In this document: one piece after another, positions 63,640 through 64,000 of the stretch
Numbering within the stretch: the stretch's first letter is position 1
Layout of the letters: each line of letters opens with the position of its first letter
Assembly (NCBI GenBank): GCA_013265495.1
Contig: MU057880.1
Span: 124,001 to 188,000 of the forward strand
Source: Vicugna vicugna
Taxonomy: Eukaryota
Reading direction: 5' to 3'
Length of the DNA stretch: 64,000 nucleotides
Position numbers and translations under genes: made by a program
Notes under the pieces: generated by a model
Seen by the model: the letters and a program-made list of their open reading frames with translations, nothing else
Told to the model about the DNA's origin: nothing
Databases searched by the model: none

Positions 63640-64000
63640 AACATGTCTGGTGTGTCACCATTCACAAAGAAATTGTAAGGTGGTGTTTTTGCTAAAAATT
63701 GTCACTCCAGGCAGTTAGTTTAAATACATAACATATAAAACTAGGACACTTTTAGAAGAAAAAAAACTAGGAAGAAATCTCAAGGGCCTACAGCTAAGCA
63801 TTCTTAGATCTGACACAGAAGCACAGTCCACAAAAGGAAAAATTGGACATCAAAATGAAAACTTTTGTTTGGTGAAACACACCGTTAAGAAGATGAAAAG
63901 ACAAAAAGCAAGCCTCGCGCTGGGAAATGTATTTGCAAATATCTGAAAAAGGGCTGGTGTCTACAGTAGGTAAAGAATTCTCAAAACTCAACAGTGAAAA
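63640..64000 (+). mobile_element. Old L1 ORF2 fragment running off the window
   Basis: aattggacatcaaaatgaaaacttttg...tatttgcaaatatctga, typical ORF2 3' region. Confidence 0.75.

Noticed and set aside
1..64000. Alternative identities for the pseudogene (EYS, PKD1L1, OFCC1, VWDE, DDX60)
   Set aside because: No motif agreement with those proteins as I recall them; only RGSL1/RGS22 gave colinear matches.
1..64000. CRISPR arrays, operons or other prokaryotic systems
   Set aside because: Sequence is mammalian; no regularly spaced direct repeats or gene-dense segments were seen.

Overview
Mammalian genomic DNA, most likely a camelid (camel/alpaca/llama), judged from five copies of a camelid-type tRNA-derived SINE and cetartiodactyl-type L1 3' ends. 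I find no intact protein-coding gene. Much of the window is interspersed repeat: L1 fragments (three with 5' inversions), four ERV1-type solo LTRs (three with perfect 4-bp TSDs), older MaLR/ERVL LTRs, L2, MIR, MER5A and microsatellites. The main non-repeat signal is a chain of about 20 exon-like blocks, all on the minus strand, running from about 62 kb to the left edge. They keep mostly canonical splice signals and largely phase-compatible junctions, but carry stops, frameshifts and one L1 insertion. Their conceptual translations show short motif matches, in colinear order, to human RGSL1 and RGS22 as I recall those sequences. My best reading is an unprocessed fossil gene of the RGS22/RGSL1 multi-RGS-domain family, probably a divergent paralog rather than RGSL1 itself. 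This family call rests on remembered sequences and needs a database search. Several repeat-free, motif-dense intronic blocks look like enhancers, and a strong CTCF-like motif lies near the inferred 5' end.
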